From IMG/VR virus record IMGVR_UViG_3300044676_001092, positions 1-34,200 of that record: DNA of 34,200 nucleotides; one strand, written 5' to 3'. The DNA is from a virus (lineage: Duplodnaviria > Caudoviricetes). This document shows positions 26,367 to 34,200 of the stretch, in pieces. The first letter of the stretch is position 1; the number at the start of each line of letters is the position of its first letter. The position numbers and the translations under genes were made by a program. Under the pieces are notes generated by a model. The model searched no databases. It saw nothing but the letters and a program-made list of their open reading frames with translations, and was not told the origin of the DNA.

Positions 26367-29300
26367 ATGACAGTATCTAGTAGCACGAACAAAGTAAGCT
26401 ATAGCGGCAACGGAACGCTAACGACATTTGCGTACAGCTTTAAGATTTTCGATGAGGGTGATCTTACCGTTATCTTACGCGCAAGTGATGGCACCGAAAC
26501 CGTGCAGACAATTACAACGAACTACACGGTTACAGGCGCTGGCAGCGAAAGCGGCGGCAATGTTGAGTTTGTCACGGCCCCTACATCTAGCCAAACGGTT
26601 GTGATCTTGCGCGAGCTTGATCTAAACCAAGGGCTTGATCTTGTTCCTAACGATCCATTCCCGGCGCAGTCCCTAGAGGAAAGCTTGGACAAGCTGACCT
26701 TTATGGTGCAGCAGCATGAGGAAACTTTAGACAGAACGATCAAAGCGTCTAAGACAACAACGATCTCAACAGTAGAGTTTACCGACAGCTCAAGTGATCG
26801 AGCAAGCAAGATTATGGCGTTTGACACAAGCGGCGATCTTGACCTTACGCAAGAGATTGGGACATTCCAAGGCGATTGGGCCGCGTCTACAAACTATGGT
26901 CAGCGCGACATTGTTAAAGACACAAGCACCAATAACATCTTCATTGCAAATACTGCGCACACATCTAGTGGCGCACAGCCTTTAACGACAAACACCGACA
27001 GCGCAAAGTGGGATTTGTTGGTTGATGCAGCATCCGCGACGACATCCGCAACGAATGCGGCTGCATCAGAGACTGCGGCAGAGACTGCACAAACGGCTGC
27101 GGAGACTGCACAAACTGCCGCCGAAACTGCACAGGCGGCTGCGGAAACTGCGGAGACAAATGCTGAGACAGCGCAAACAGCAGCAGAAGCCGCACAAGCA
27201 TCAGCAGAGGCTGTCTACGATAACTTTGATGATCGCTACCTTGGTGCTAAGTCTAGCGATCCGACAGTGGACAACGATGGCGATGCGCTGATTGATGGTG
27301 CGCTATACTTTGACACAGCCAATAATGTGCTAAAATTTTACGATCTTGGCAATACTTTGTGGAAGCAAACAACGCCTACATCAGCGCAGCAAACAAACAT
27401 CGATGCTGCGGTTGCAGACGCAACCGATATAGGCACAGTTGCGACGAATATATCATCGGTCAACACAGTGGCTGGCATAGATGCGGCGGTGTCAACTGTT
27501 AGCGGGATCAACTCGGCAGTATCGACAGTTAGCGGCATCAGCACAGAGGTTTCGGCAGTTGCTGGGGATGCGACAGATATAGGCACAGTTGCAACCGATC
27601 TAGCTGGCAGCGATAATATCGGCACAGTGGCTGGCTCAATATCTAACGTAAATCTAGTTGCCGGCTCAATAACAAACGTCAACACGGTTGCGACAAATAT
27701 CACTGGCGTGAATAGCTTTGCGGAACGGTATCGTGTTGAAGCGACTAATCCTACAACAGATTTAGACGCTGGTGATCTTGCGTATGTAACGGGCGATACA
27801 GTTCTAAAGTATTACAATGGCACAAGCTGGCAGAGTATATCCCCCGGCATTGGCGCTGTATCTGATGACAGCAATCCATCTCTTGGTGGCGATCTTAACC
27901 TAGCAAGCAATGACATTACTGGCACAGGTAATGTTGATATTACTGGCACAGTGAGTGCTGATAATCTTGGTGAGCATACAATCACGGCTGTTGCGTCTGG
28001 TGCTTTAGCGAATGGTGATGTGGTTTCATTAAACAGCGATGGTACGGTTACGGCATCTGGTGATGTAGTAACATCTACATCCGTAGGTTCGCAGCAATCT
28101 ATAAGTGGGTATGGGTTGTATAATGACGCTTTTTGGCTTGATGACGATAGATTTGTTCTTGTTTATTCAAGTTCAACAAACCAAGAGTATGGTGCTGATA
28201 AAGCTGTAGTTGGCACAGTATCAGGTACATCCATAACTTTTGGAACACCAGCACAGATTACAACTAACACAGCATCAAGATATGCGAAAATGGTATCTAT
28301 TGGAAATAGTAAGTTTTTAGTGCATTGGACTGATACAACTAACACTAATAAAGTTATAGTTGGAACAGTATCAGGTACATCTATAACTTTTGGGACGGCT
28401 GTATCTCAGCCTACTAATATATATACTGTTGATATGGTTTACGACACCGATCAAGAAGCTGTTATTCTAAATGGACGTGACAGTGGAAACTCAGGTTATT
28501 TAACATCTATACCAATTACGATTTCTGGCACAACTCCAACAGTAGGGTCGGCTGTTGTTGCTCACACTGTTAATAGTTATGAGCGCAGAATTTTGTATGA
28601 TGCAAGCATACAAAAACACATTATTTATTATCAAAATGATAGCAGCCTTGACAGGCCATATGCTGTTGTCGGAACGTTGTCTGGTGGGACGCTTTCATAC
28701 GGAACGCCTGTACAAATTGGTACTAGAACAGCTATTGACGAAATTGTTGCCACTACAGTTTCAAGCGGTGTTTCCGTTGTTTCTATGACGGGTTCTAACA
28801 ACAGTACATATTACGCATATGTTGGTACAGTATCAGGAACGTCTATCAGCTTTGGAACAGAGCATGTAAATAATTTGGGATCGAACATGCAAACAAGAAG
28901 TTTGAATTATTCATCCGCAAATGACGAGTTAATGTTGGTTTGGGAGAATTATAGTTCTGATACAATTAATGTTAGATTTGGCACTATATCTGGAACCACT
29001 GTTACATTTACCTCAAGCACTGATTATGAAATTCTAACTTACGATGGCACTCGCGGTATTGAAATGGCAAATGGTTGGGCATTGCCTTTCAGAGAAAATA
29101 CTCACAAAATGATTATTCATATTGATGATAATACAAACACAGAAACAGATGTTTATATTTATCAGCTTGAATATACCGCAAACAACGCAGCCAATTATAT
29201 CGGCGTGGCAGACGCTGCATATTCAGATGGTGCAACGGCTACTATTCAAATCCTTGGCTCTATTGACGATGCGCAGACAGGTTTAACAACTGGGTCAACA

Positions 29301-29441
29301 TACTTTGTTGCAGATGATGGAAGCCTTAGCACAACAAACAATGGGCGTAAGATTGGCAGAGCGATCAGCACAACTGAGATTTTGATTGATACTGCTATGA
29401 GTGGGCCAGAAATGAACGCATACTTGGGAGGCTTGGTCTGA
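26367..29441 (+). CDS. Tail fibre / receptor-binding protein
   Basis: T7 gp17-like N-terminal adaptor (YSGNGTLTTFAYSFKIF...LEESLDKLT), AETAQTA heptads, xxTVAGI repeats, C-terminal VGTVSGTSITFGT repeats. Confidence 0.88.
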   Translation: MTVSSSTNKVSYSGNGTLTTFAYSFKIFDEGDLTVILRASDGTETVQTITTNYTVTGAGSESGGNVEFVTAPTSSQTVVILRELDLNQGLDLVPNDPFPAQSLEESLDKLTFMVQQHEETLDRTIKASKTTTISTVEFTDSSSDRASKIMAFDTSGDLDLTQEIGTFQGDWAASTNYGQRDIVKDTSTNNIFIANTAHTSSGAQPLTTNTDSAKWDLLVDAASATTSATNAAASETAAETAQTAAETAQTAAETAQAAAETAETNAETAQTAAEAAQASAEAVYDNFDDRYLGAKSSDPTVDNDGDALIDGALYFDTANNVLKFYDLGNTLWKQTTPTSAQQTNIDAAVADATDIGTVATNISSVNTVAGIDAAVSTVSGINSAVSTVSGISTEVSAVAGDATDIGTVATDLAGSDNIGTVAGSISNVNLVAGSITNVNTVATNITGVNSFAERYRVEATNPTTDLDAGDLAYVTGDTVLKYYNGTSWQSISPGIGAVSDDSNPSLGGDLNLASNDITGTGNVDITGTVSADNLGEHTITAVASGALANGDVVSLNSDGTVTASGDVVTSTSVGSQQSISGYGLYNDAFWLDDDRFVLVYSSSTNQEYGADKAVVGTVSGTSITFGTPAQITTNTASRYAKMVSIGNSKFLVHWTDTTNTNKVIVGTVSGTSITFGTAVSQPTNIYTVDMVYDTDQEAVILNGRDSGNSGYLTSIPITISGTTPTVGSAVVAHTVNSYERRILYDASIQKHIIYYQNDSSLDRPYAVVGTLSGGTLSYGTPVQIGTRTAIDEIVATTVSSGVSVVSMTGSNNSTYYAYVGTVSGTSISFGTEHVNNLGSNMQTRSLNYSSANDELMLVWENYSSDTINVRFGTISGTTVTFTSSTDYEILTYDGTRGIEMANGWALPFRENTHKMIIHIDDNTNTETDVYIYQLEYTANNAANYIGVADAAYSDGATATIQILGSIDDAQTGLTTGSTYFVADDGSLSTTNNGRKIGRAISTTEILIDTAMSGPEMNAYLGGLV
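27058..27200 (+). repeat. Coding 21-bp imperfect tandem repeat (AETAQTA)
   Basis: About six heptads in the fibre stalk; boundaries approximate. Confidence 0.8.
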
Positions 29442-29692
29442 TGAAAACGATTGTAGAAAACAGCACTAATCTATCAAAGTTTATCTTTGAAGATGATGCC
29501 GATGTCACGATTGGTGAGACTTATACAGTTACGCCAAACTTCAATGTCTTTAACATGGACACAAGCAACTCAACAATGCACTTAAATGTTACGCCGCCTG
29601 ATGATTGGATTGGCAACAAATACACATTTGATGGAACGACTTGGACGCTCAACCCTGATTGGACAGAGCCAGAAGCAGAGGACGGTCAGTAA
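29441..29692 (+). CDS. Small tail-fibre-associated protein
   Basis: TGATG coupling; VTPPDDWIGNKYTFDGTTWTLNPDW. Confidence 0.7.
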   Translation: MKTIVENSTNLSKFIFEDDADVTIGETYTVTPNFNVFNMDTSNSTMHLNVTPPDDWIGNKYTFDGTTWTLNPDWTEPEAEDGQ

Positions 29693-30378
29693 TGGTTAAT
29701 ATCACAGATAAAGTAAGCGACAACGAAGATAGCATTGGCACAAACATACCGTCATCATTGGGTACGGCTGGTCAGGTTCTTACTGTAAACTCAGGCGCAA
29801 CGGCTGGCGAGTGGGCTGATGCAGGGGGCGGTGCTTATGTATTGCAATCAACCACAGCAATCACTGTAGCTGCCACAACCTCTGTGGATTTTACGTTTGC
29901 AACTGGTTCAAACATTCTAGCGCACCGTTTTGTGCTAAACCGTATAAGCGGAACGGCAGACGGCTATGAATATATAATTCAATTTAGAGATCAAGCAACG
30001 TCAACTTTTCTCACGGGTGTAAGCGATTATAAGTATCATTTGCTATGGCAAAGATCAAGCAGCTCAACAGCAACAGGAAACGCAGACGCTGCCCATGACG
30101 GCATTAGATTTTGTATCAATGCTGGTATTGATACATATGAAAAAAGCTTAAATGGGTATGTTGATGTATTTAATCCTTACGATACTATTTATCAAACTTG
30201 TCAATTTCAAACGAGCGCCGTAAGCAACACTGGCGATGCGCAACAGTTTTATGGTGGCGGCATCTTAAGTAGAAACTCGGCAGCTGGCGCGGCTGTAGAT
30301 CAAATAAGATTTAAGCCAGAAGGTTCTGGGACTTTTGCAAATACTGGCTCAATAACATACTACACATTGGAGAACTAG
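29692..30378 (+). CDS. Second fibre / distal receptor-binding module
   Basis: TAATG start at 29692; GTAGQVLTVNSGATAGEWAD fibre motif followed by a beta-rich domain. Confidence 0.7.
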   Translation: MVNITDKVSDNEDSIGTNIPSSLGTAGQVLTVNSGATAGEWADAGGGAYVLQSTTAITVAATTSVDFTFATGSNILAHRFVLNRISGTADGYEYIIQFRDQATSTFLTGVSDYKYHLLWQRSSSSTATGNADAAHDGIRFCINAGIDTYEKSLNGYVDVFNPYDTIYQTCQFQTSAVSNTGDAQQFYGGGILSRNSAAGAAVDQIRFKPEGSGTFANTGSITYYTLEN

Positions 30379-30379
30379 G

Positions 30380-30676
30380 ATGCCTACTTATAAATATGTA
30401 GATGGTCAGGTTGTTGAGCTAACAGAGGCAGAGCTTACTGATCGGGCTTCTGAGCAAGCAGCATATGAAGCGCAGCGTCCTACTAAACTTGCTGAGCAAC
30501 ATCGCGCCACACGCAATGAGCTTTTAGCCAACAGCGATTGGACACAGATGAATGACAGTCCTCTAAGCAATGAGGTCAAGACAGCGTGGGCAACCTATCG
30601 CCAAGAGTTGCGCGCGATCACGGATTTAGATGCGTGGCCTAACTTAGAAGATGCCGATTGGCCTGTAGCACCGTAA
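30380..30676 (+). CDS. Tail fibre assembly chaperone
   Basis: RNELLANSDWTQ..D.PL...WATYRQELRAIT...WP motif. Confidence 0.85.
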   Translation: MPTYKYVDGQVVELTEAELTDRASEQAAYEAQRPTKLAEQHRATRNELLANSDWTQMNDSPLSNEVKTAWATYRQELRAITDLDAWPNLEDADWPVAP

Positions 30677-30686
30677 GAGGAACGAG

Positions 30687-30881
30687 ATGGACAAACGTAC
30701 TGTTGCATCCGCGCATGAGCGCATTGACGGACTGGAAAAGGAGGTGGTCGAAATCAAGACCGAAATGAAAATCCAGTTCAAGGATTTGTTTAATCGCGTC
30801 AAGCGCATGGAAAGCATTATGATTGCTGCCACTGGTTCGATCATTGGCTTGCTAGTCGCGGTGCTTATGAAGATGGGCTGA
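30687..30881 (+). CDS. Small coiled-coil protein with C-terminal TM helix
   Basis: GAGG RBS; amphipathic N-terminus then IMIAATGSIIGLLVAVLM. Confidence 0.7.
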   Translation: MDKRTVASAHERIDGLEKEVVEIKTEMKIQFKDLFNRVKRMESIMIAATGSIIGLLVAVLMKMG

Positions 30882-30885
30882 TGAC

Positions 30886-31251
30886 ATGGATAACCTCAAA
30901 TTACCTGTCACAGTAATTGGGGTCGTCATTTTGCAGATTGGCGGCTTTATCTGGTGGACAGCCCAGCAAGCCGCAACAATCGCAGACTTAGAAGAAACAG
31001 TTTCTCAGCTTGGGTCGCGCATGGCGATTGAGGACAATGTAAATCTGCGCCGTGATGTGTCCGAAAACAGCGATGACATAGATGAGCTTTGGGATGAGGC
31101 TGATGATCTATGGCACAGCGTCGATGGAATGATGATGAGCATTGGCGCAATCAACAGCATTAAACAACGCATCGCTGTGATTGAGAACGACATGAAGTAT
31201 ATTCACCGTGACCATGATGGCATGTTGGACATGAAGGGCGGGATGAAGTGA
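30886..31251 (+). CDS. Membrane-anchored coiled-coil protein
   Basis: N-terminal TM segment followed by an acidic coiled coil; tightly packed in the operon. Confidence 0.7.
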   Translation: MDNLKLPVTVIGVVILQIGGFIWWTAQQAATIADLEETVSQLGSRMAIEDNVNLRRDVSENSDDIDELWDEADDLWHSVDGMMMSIGAINSIKQRIAVIENDMKYIHRDHDGMLDMKGGMK

Positions 31252-31252
31252 C

Positions 31253-31720
31253 ATGGCTATACTTGAGAGCATTGCCGCTGCGAACGCCGCTTATTCGGTT
31301 ATCAAGACTGCTCTTGGAAATGGCAAGGAAACTGCGGGGCTTATCGGCGCTGTCGGTAAGTTCCTTTCTGCGGAAGAAGATGTAAAAGAAGCTGTCCAGA
31401 AAAAGAAGAGCAGCCCGATTACGGCAATCACTGGCAGCTCGGAAGGTGATTGGGAAGAGTTCCAGCATTTAGAAAACCTACGTCAAAAACGCGCCGAGCT
31501 AGAAAGCTACTGCCGACTGTATGCACCGCCCGGCACTTGGGATCGCTGGCAGCAGTGGCAGATGGAAGCCCGCAAGCAGCGGCAGGCAGCCAAGAAGGCT
31601 GCACAGTTAGCACATGAAAAGAAGATGGAGCAAATCCAGATTGCGGCTGGCGTACTTCTGGGAATCACTGGTGTTGTTCTGGCGATCTATTACTTGGGGG
31701 TCTACCTTGAAAAGTGGTAA
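31253..31720 (+). CDS. Hypothetical protein with C-terminal TM helix
   Basis: AAANAAYSVIK...GTWDRW pattern, hydrophobic C-terminus. Confidence 0.75.
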   Translation: MAILESIAAANAAYSVIKTALGNGKETAGLIGAVGKFLSAEEDVKEAVQKKKSSPITAITGSSEGDWEEFQHLENLRQKRAELESYCRLYAPPGTWDRWQQWQMEARKQRQAAKKAAQLAHEKKMEQIQIAAGVLLGITGVVLAIYYLGVYLEKW

Positions 31721-31845
31721 AGTACACAGTTTTGGACAAAAACGGAAAAGTGGTTATAATCACGTCAAACAAAAGGATAGCGGAGCATTACCGTGAACAC
31801 AGAAAGCTACGATCTAAATCAAAACGGCACGATAGATCCCGATGA
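31714..31845 (+). CDS. Possible 43-aa protein
   Basis: GTG start; KYTVLDKNGKVVIITSNKRIAEHY fills the gap between neighbours; no clear RBS. Confidence 0.35.
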   Translation: MVKYTVLDKNGKVVIITSNKRIAEHYREHRKLRSKSKRHDRSR

Positions 31846-32098
31846 GCGTGAGATCATGCTTGAAGATCGCCGCCGTAAAATGGAGGACGAGGATCACAAG
31901 CGTGATGCGCAACTCAAGATGACTTGGTTTGCTCTGTCTGGGATGCTTGGTTATCCATTCCTTATTCTCATTGCATCATACCTGGGATTGTCCCAAGCTG
32001 CTGATCTTTTGGCAGACATAGCAGCTGTGTATGTTGTCGCGGTATCTGGTGTAACCGCTGCATACTTTGGTTTCTCTAGCATGGGGGCTAAGAAATGA
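31793..32098 (+). CDS. Two-TM membrane protein with EF-hand-like loop (holin/antiholin-like)
   Basis: DLNQNGTIDPDE then two hydrophobic helices; GGAG RBS, GTG start. Confidence 0.65.
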   Translation: MNTESYDLNQNGTIDPDEREIMLEDRRRKMEDEDHKRDAQLKMTWFALSGMLGYPFLILIASYLGLSQAADLLADIAAVYVVAVSGVTAAYFGFSSMGAKK

Positions 32099-32451
32099 TC
32101 GGACAAATCTTATCAAGCGTGGGTGGCCTGGCTACTGCGTATCTCGAAAGCAAGACAGCGGTAAAGCTGACTGAAGCTGAGATTAAAAAGAAGCAGCTGA
32201 CAGGTGAGATCGATTGGGATCTCGAAGCGATACGCGCTACGCAAGCGTCATGGCGCGACGAGTGGATCACGCTACTTTTTTCTATACCAATGATCCTAGC
32301 ATTCTGTGGGGATTGGGGGAGGCAGATTGTAGACGATGGCTTTGCCGCACTCGCCAATATGCCAGACTGGTATCAGGTTTCGTTGGGAGCCGTGGTGGCA
32401 TCATCACTAGGCATCCGAGCGGTGTCTAAGTTTTTTGGAGTTAAGAAATGA
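32095..32451 (+). CDS. Holin (3TM-type)
   Basis: SWRDEW, LANMPDWYQ..LGAVVASSLGIR; directly before the endolysin. Confidence 0.75.
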   Translation: MIGQILSSVGGLATAYLESKTAVKLTEAEIKKKQLTGEIDWDLEAIRATQASWRDEWITLLFSIPMILAFCGDWGRQIVDDGFAALANMPDWYQVSLGAVVASSLGIRAVSKFFGVKK

Positions 32452-32906
32452 GCGAGTTCAAACTAAGCCGCCGCAGCCTAGACAGGCTGGAAGGTGTAGA
32501 CGAGCGCATGGTTGCTGTCGTCAAGCATGCAATCAATGCAACTAAAACAGACTTTGGCGTGATCCAAGGGCTGCGCACATTAGAGCAACAGAAAGAATTG
32601 GTTGCTAAGGGTGCATCTCAAACCATGAAGTCAAAGCACTTGGACGGTCTAGCTGTTGACCTGATGGCCTACATTAACGGACGCGGATCGTGGGAGTTGA
32701 ACCTCTATGACGATCTGGCTGACGCTATGAAAGAGGGCGCAAACATGGTAGGATGTAAAGTACGCTGGGGTGCAGCGTGGCACATAGATAACATCGGCGA
32801 TTGGGACGGCACTGCCGAGGATGCGATGAATGCATACATAGACCTACGCCGATCACAAGGTCGTCGTCCGTTTATCGACGGCCCTCACTTTGAACTGATG
32901 GTGTAA
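32448..32906 (+). CDS. Endolysin, M15 L-Ala-D-Glu peptidase type
   Basis: LSRRSLDRLEGV, GLRT..QQ, SKHLDGLAVD, WG, DGPHFEL zinc-peptidase motifs. Confidence 0.9.
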   Translation: MSEFKLSRRSLDRLEGVDERMVAVVKHAINATKTDFGVIQGLRTLEQQKELVAKGASQTMKSKHLDGLAVDLMAYINGRGSWELNLYDDLADAMKEGANMVGCKVRWGAAWHIDNIGDWDGTAEDAMNAYIDLRRSQGRRPFIDGPHFELMV

Positions 32907-32909
32907 GAC

Positions 32910-33083
32910 ATGGCTAAAAAAGGATTGTACTATAATATCAACCAAAAGCGTAAGCGTATCGCTGCGGGATCTGGTGAGCGCATGAGGAAGCCTGGTGAGA
33001 AGGGCGCTCCAAGCGCAAAGGATTTTACTGAAAGCGCAAAGACTGCAAAGAAACCTAAGCGCAAATCAATGATGAGTTCGTGA
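32910..33083 (+). CDS. Small basic phage protein (57 aa)
   Basis: MAKKGLYYNINQKRKRIAAGSGERMRKPGEKGAPSAKDFTESAKTAKKPKRKSMMSS; fills the gap exactly; resembles a common marine phage family. Confidence 0.8.
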   Translation: MAKKGLYYNINQKRKRIAAGSGERMRKPGEKGAPSAKDFTESAKTAKKPKRKSMMSS

Positions 33084-33084
33084 C

Positions 33085-33393
33085 ATGGCTAAGTCAGCAG
33101 CATGGCAGCGCAAGGAAGGTAAGAACCCTAGCGGTGGCCTAAATGAAAAAGGCCGTAAATCTTACGAGCGCCAAAACCCTGGATCAGATCTCAAAGCCCC
33201 GGTGAAGAAGGGCAACAACCCACGCCGGGCATCTTTCCTGGCGCGCATGGGAAACATGAAGGGGCCAGAGCGTGATGAGAAGGGCAGACCGACCAGGCTG
33301 CTAAAATCATTGCAAGCCTGGGGCGCTTCATCCAAAGCTGACGCAAAGAAGAAAGCCAAACGGATCTCAATGATGAATAAGAAGAAAGCCTGA
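33085..33393 (+). CDS. Basic phage protein (DUF6321-like)
   Basis: AWQRKEGKNPSGGLNEKGR...RRASFLARM motif. Confidence 0.75.
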   Translation: MAKSAAWQRKEGKNPSGGLNEKGRKSYERQNPGSDLKAPVKKGNNPRRASFLARMGNMKGPERDEKGRPTRLLKSLQAWGASSKADAKKKAKRISMMNKKKA

Positions 33394-34112
33394 TGGGATA
33401 CTTTCACGAAGATATAGACAGCCCTCATGCGCTGCTAGAGATTGCGGCTGATCGCAATGCGGAGCTGGCTCCCCAGAACATCTTTGGCTATGCCCCTGCC
33501 CTGGGCGATACATTCCAAACTTGCTGGAACGGCACAGGCACATATGCTTTCCCTGGTAGCGCGGTGCAGATGAGTGTTGTATCAACGAGCGCGTCTGACA
33601 CAATGGCTATTCTTATCTCCGGGCTTGATGCAGATTACCAAAGCTTGACTGAGATCATTCTGGTCAACGGCACAACGCCGAACACAACGGTCAATGCTTT
33701 CTTTCGCATAAACAGCGCGACGATATTGTCTGGCAGTAACGTGGGCGACATATCGATCAGCAATGCAAGCGTGGTCTATGGGTTTATTGGCGCGGGGATT
33801 GGCACAACACAAGCGTGTTTGTACACAGTACCAGCCGAGCATTCACTGTATATCTTTCGCATATCTCTGACATCAGGGACGGTGAACCCTAACAAATACA
33901 TCACGTATCGTAACCGTGTGGATAGCAGCACCGGGCGCATACTGCGCGTGGCGACATCTACATTTCAGTCTGACATGCAGACATTTGATCGGCAGATCCC
34001 TTTCCGAGTAACGCCTAAGTCTGACTTTCAGTTTGAGGCCAAGTCATCCTCTGGCACAAACGAGCTGTCGATTTTTGTTGAAGCACTACTGATGAAAGAC
34101 AAGTATGCCTAA
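33393..34112 (+). CDS. Hypothetical beta-rich protein, possibly structural
   Basis: TGATG coupling; VVSTSASDT...GLDADY...FFRIN...YTVPA pattern. Confidence 0.7.
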   Translation: MGYFHEDIDSPHALLEIAADRNAELAPQNIFGYAPALGDTFQTCWNGTGTYAFPGSAVQMSVVSTSASDTMAILISGLDADYQSLTEIILVNGTTPNTTVNAFFRINSATILSGSNVGDISISNASVVYGFIGAGIGTTQACLYTVPAEHSLYIFRISLTSGTVNPNKYITYRNRVDSSTGRILRVATSTFQSDMQTFDRQIPFRVTPKSDFQFEAKSSSGTNELSIFVEALLMKDKYA

Positions 34113-34164
34113 TAAAAAGAAAAAGCCTAAGTCCATGATGGGCGGTGGCAAGTACGGAAAATAA
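34105..34164 (+). CDS. Possible 19-aa basic peptide
   Basis: MPNKKKKPKSMMGGGKYGK; overlaps the upstream stop and carries the shared K-rich SMM motif. Confidence 0.5.
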   Translation: MPNKKKKPKSMMGGGKYGK

Positions 34165-34200
34165 TTACTCAGGTCGTAGCATAGGCTTGATCGATGCAGA
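34165..34200 (-). CDS. 3' end of a leftward gene entering from beyond the window
   Basis: ...SASIKPMLRPE-stop on the minus strand, abutting the convergent TAA; only 12 codons visible. Confidence 0.4.
   Translation of the reverse strand, partial: SASIKPMLRPE

Larger units (their letters stand above)
1..34200. mobile_element. Podovirus-type bacteriophage genome (BPP-1/HTVC010P-like gene order), near complete
   Basis: Contiguous terS-terL-portal-scaffold-capsid-tail tube A/B-internal virion-fibre-holin-endolysin order; no host housekeeping genes in the window. Confidence 0.95.

Noticed and set aside
26367-30676. Diversity-generating retroelement, suggested by BPP-1-like architecture
   Set aside because: No reverse transcriptase and no template/variable repeat pair differing at adenines; the fibre repeats are in-frame domain repeats.

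Overview
The window is most of a tailed dsDNA phage genome of the BPP-1/HTVC010P-like podovirus type, probably infecting a marine alphaproteobacterium (inference from gene style and promoter form). Layout: a leftward recombination operon (PD-(D/E)xK nuclease, Sak-type annealase, SSB-like); a divergent Cro-like HTH/resolvase operon; a leftward cluster of small accessory genes; then terS, terL, portal, scaffold, capsid, tail tube, four ejection (internal virion) proteins, tail fibres, lysis genes and small basic proteins. I see no DNA polymerase, primase, integrase, reverse transcriptase, tRNA or CRISPR array. The standout observation is in the 1358-aa ejection-protein gene. It carries two ParB/Srx-like domains and a RelA/SpoT-like nucleotidyltransferase domain. 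Directly behind that domain, an 83-codon antisense gene is fully nested in the coding sequence, with its own TTGAGT-N17-TATACT promoter and GGAGGT ribosome-binding site. This is a candidate virion-delivered effector with an overprinted immunity gene. Other notable signals: an XerC/D dif-like site between terS and terL, a thrice-repeated TGACA-N5-TGTCA operator on promoters, a basic-S-[LM]-[LM] C-terminal tag shared by six small proteins, an 18-bp gene-junction repeat, and a structured capsid mRNA leader. All family calls are by eye from motifs and synteny; no searches were run.
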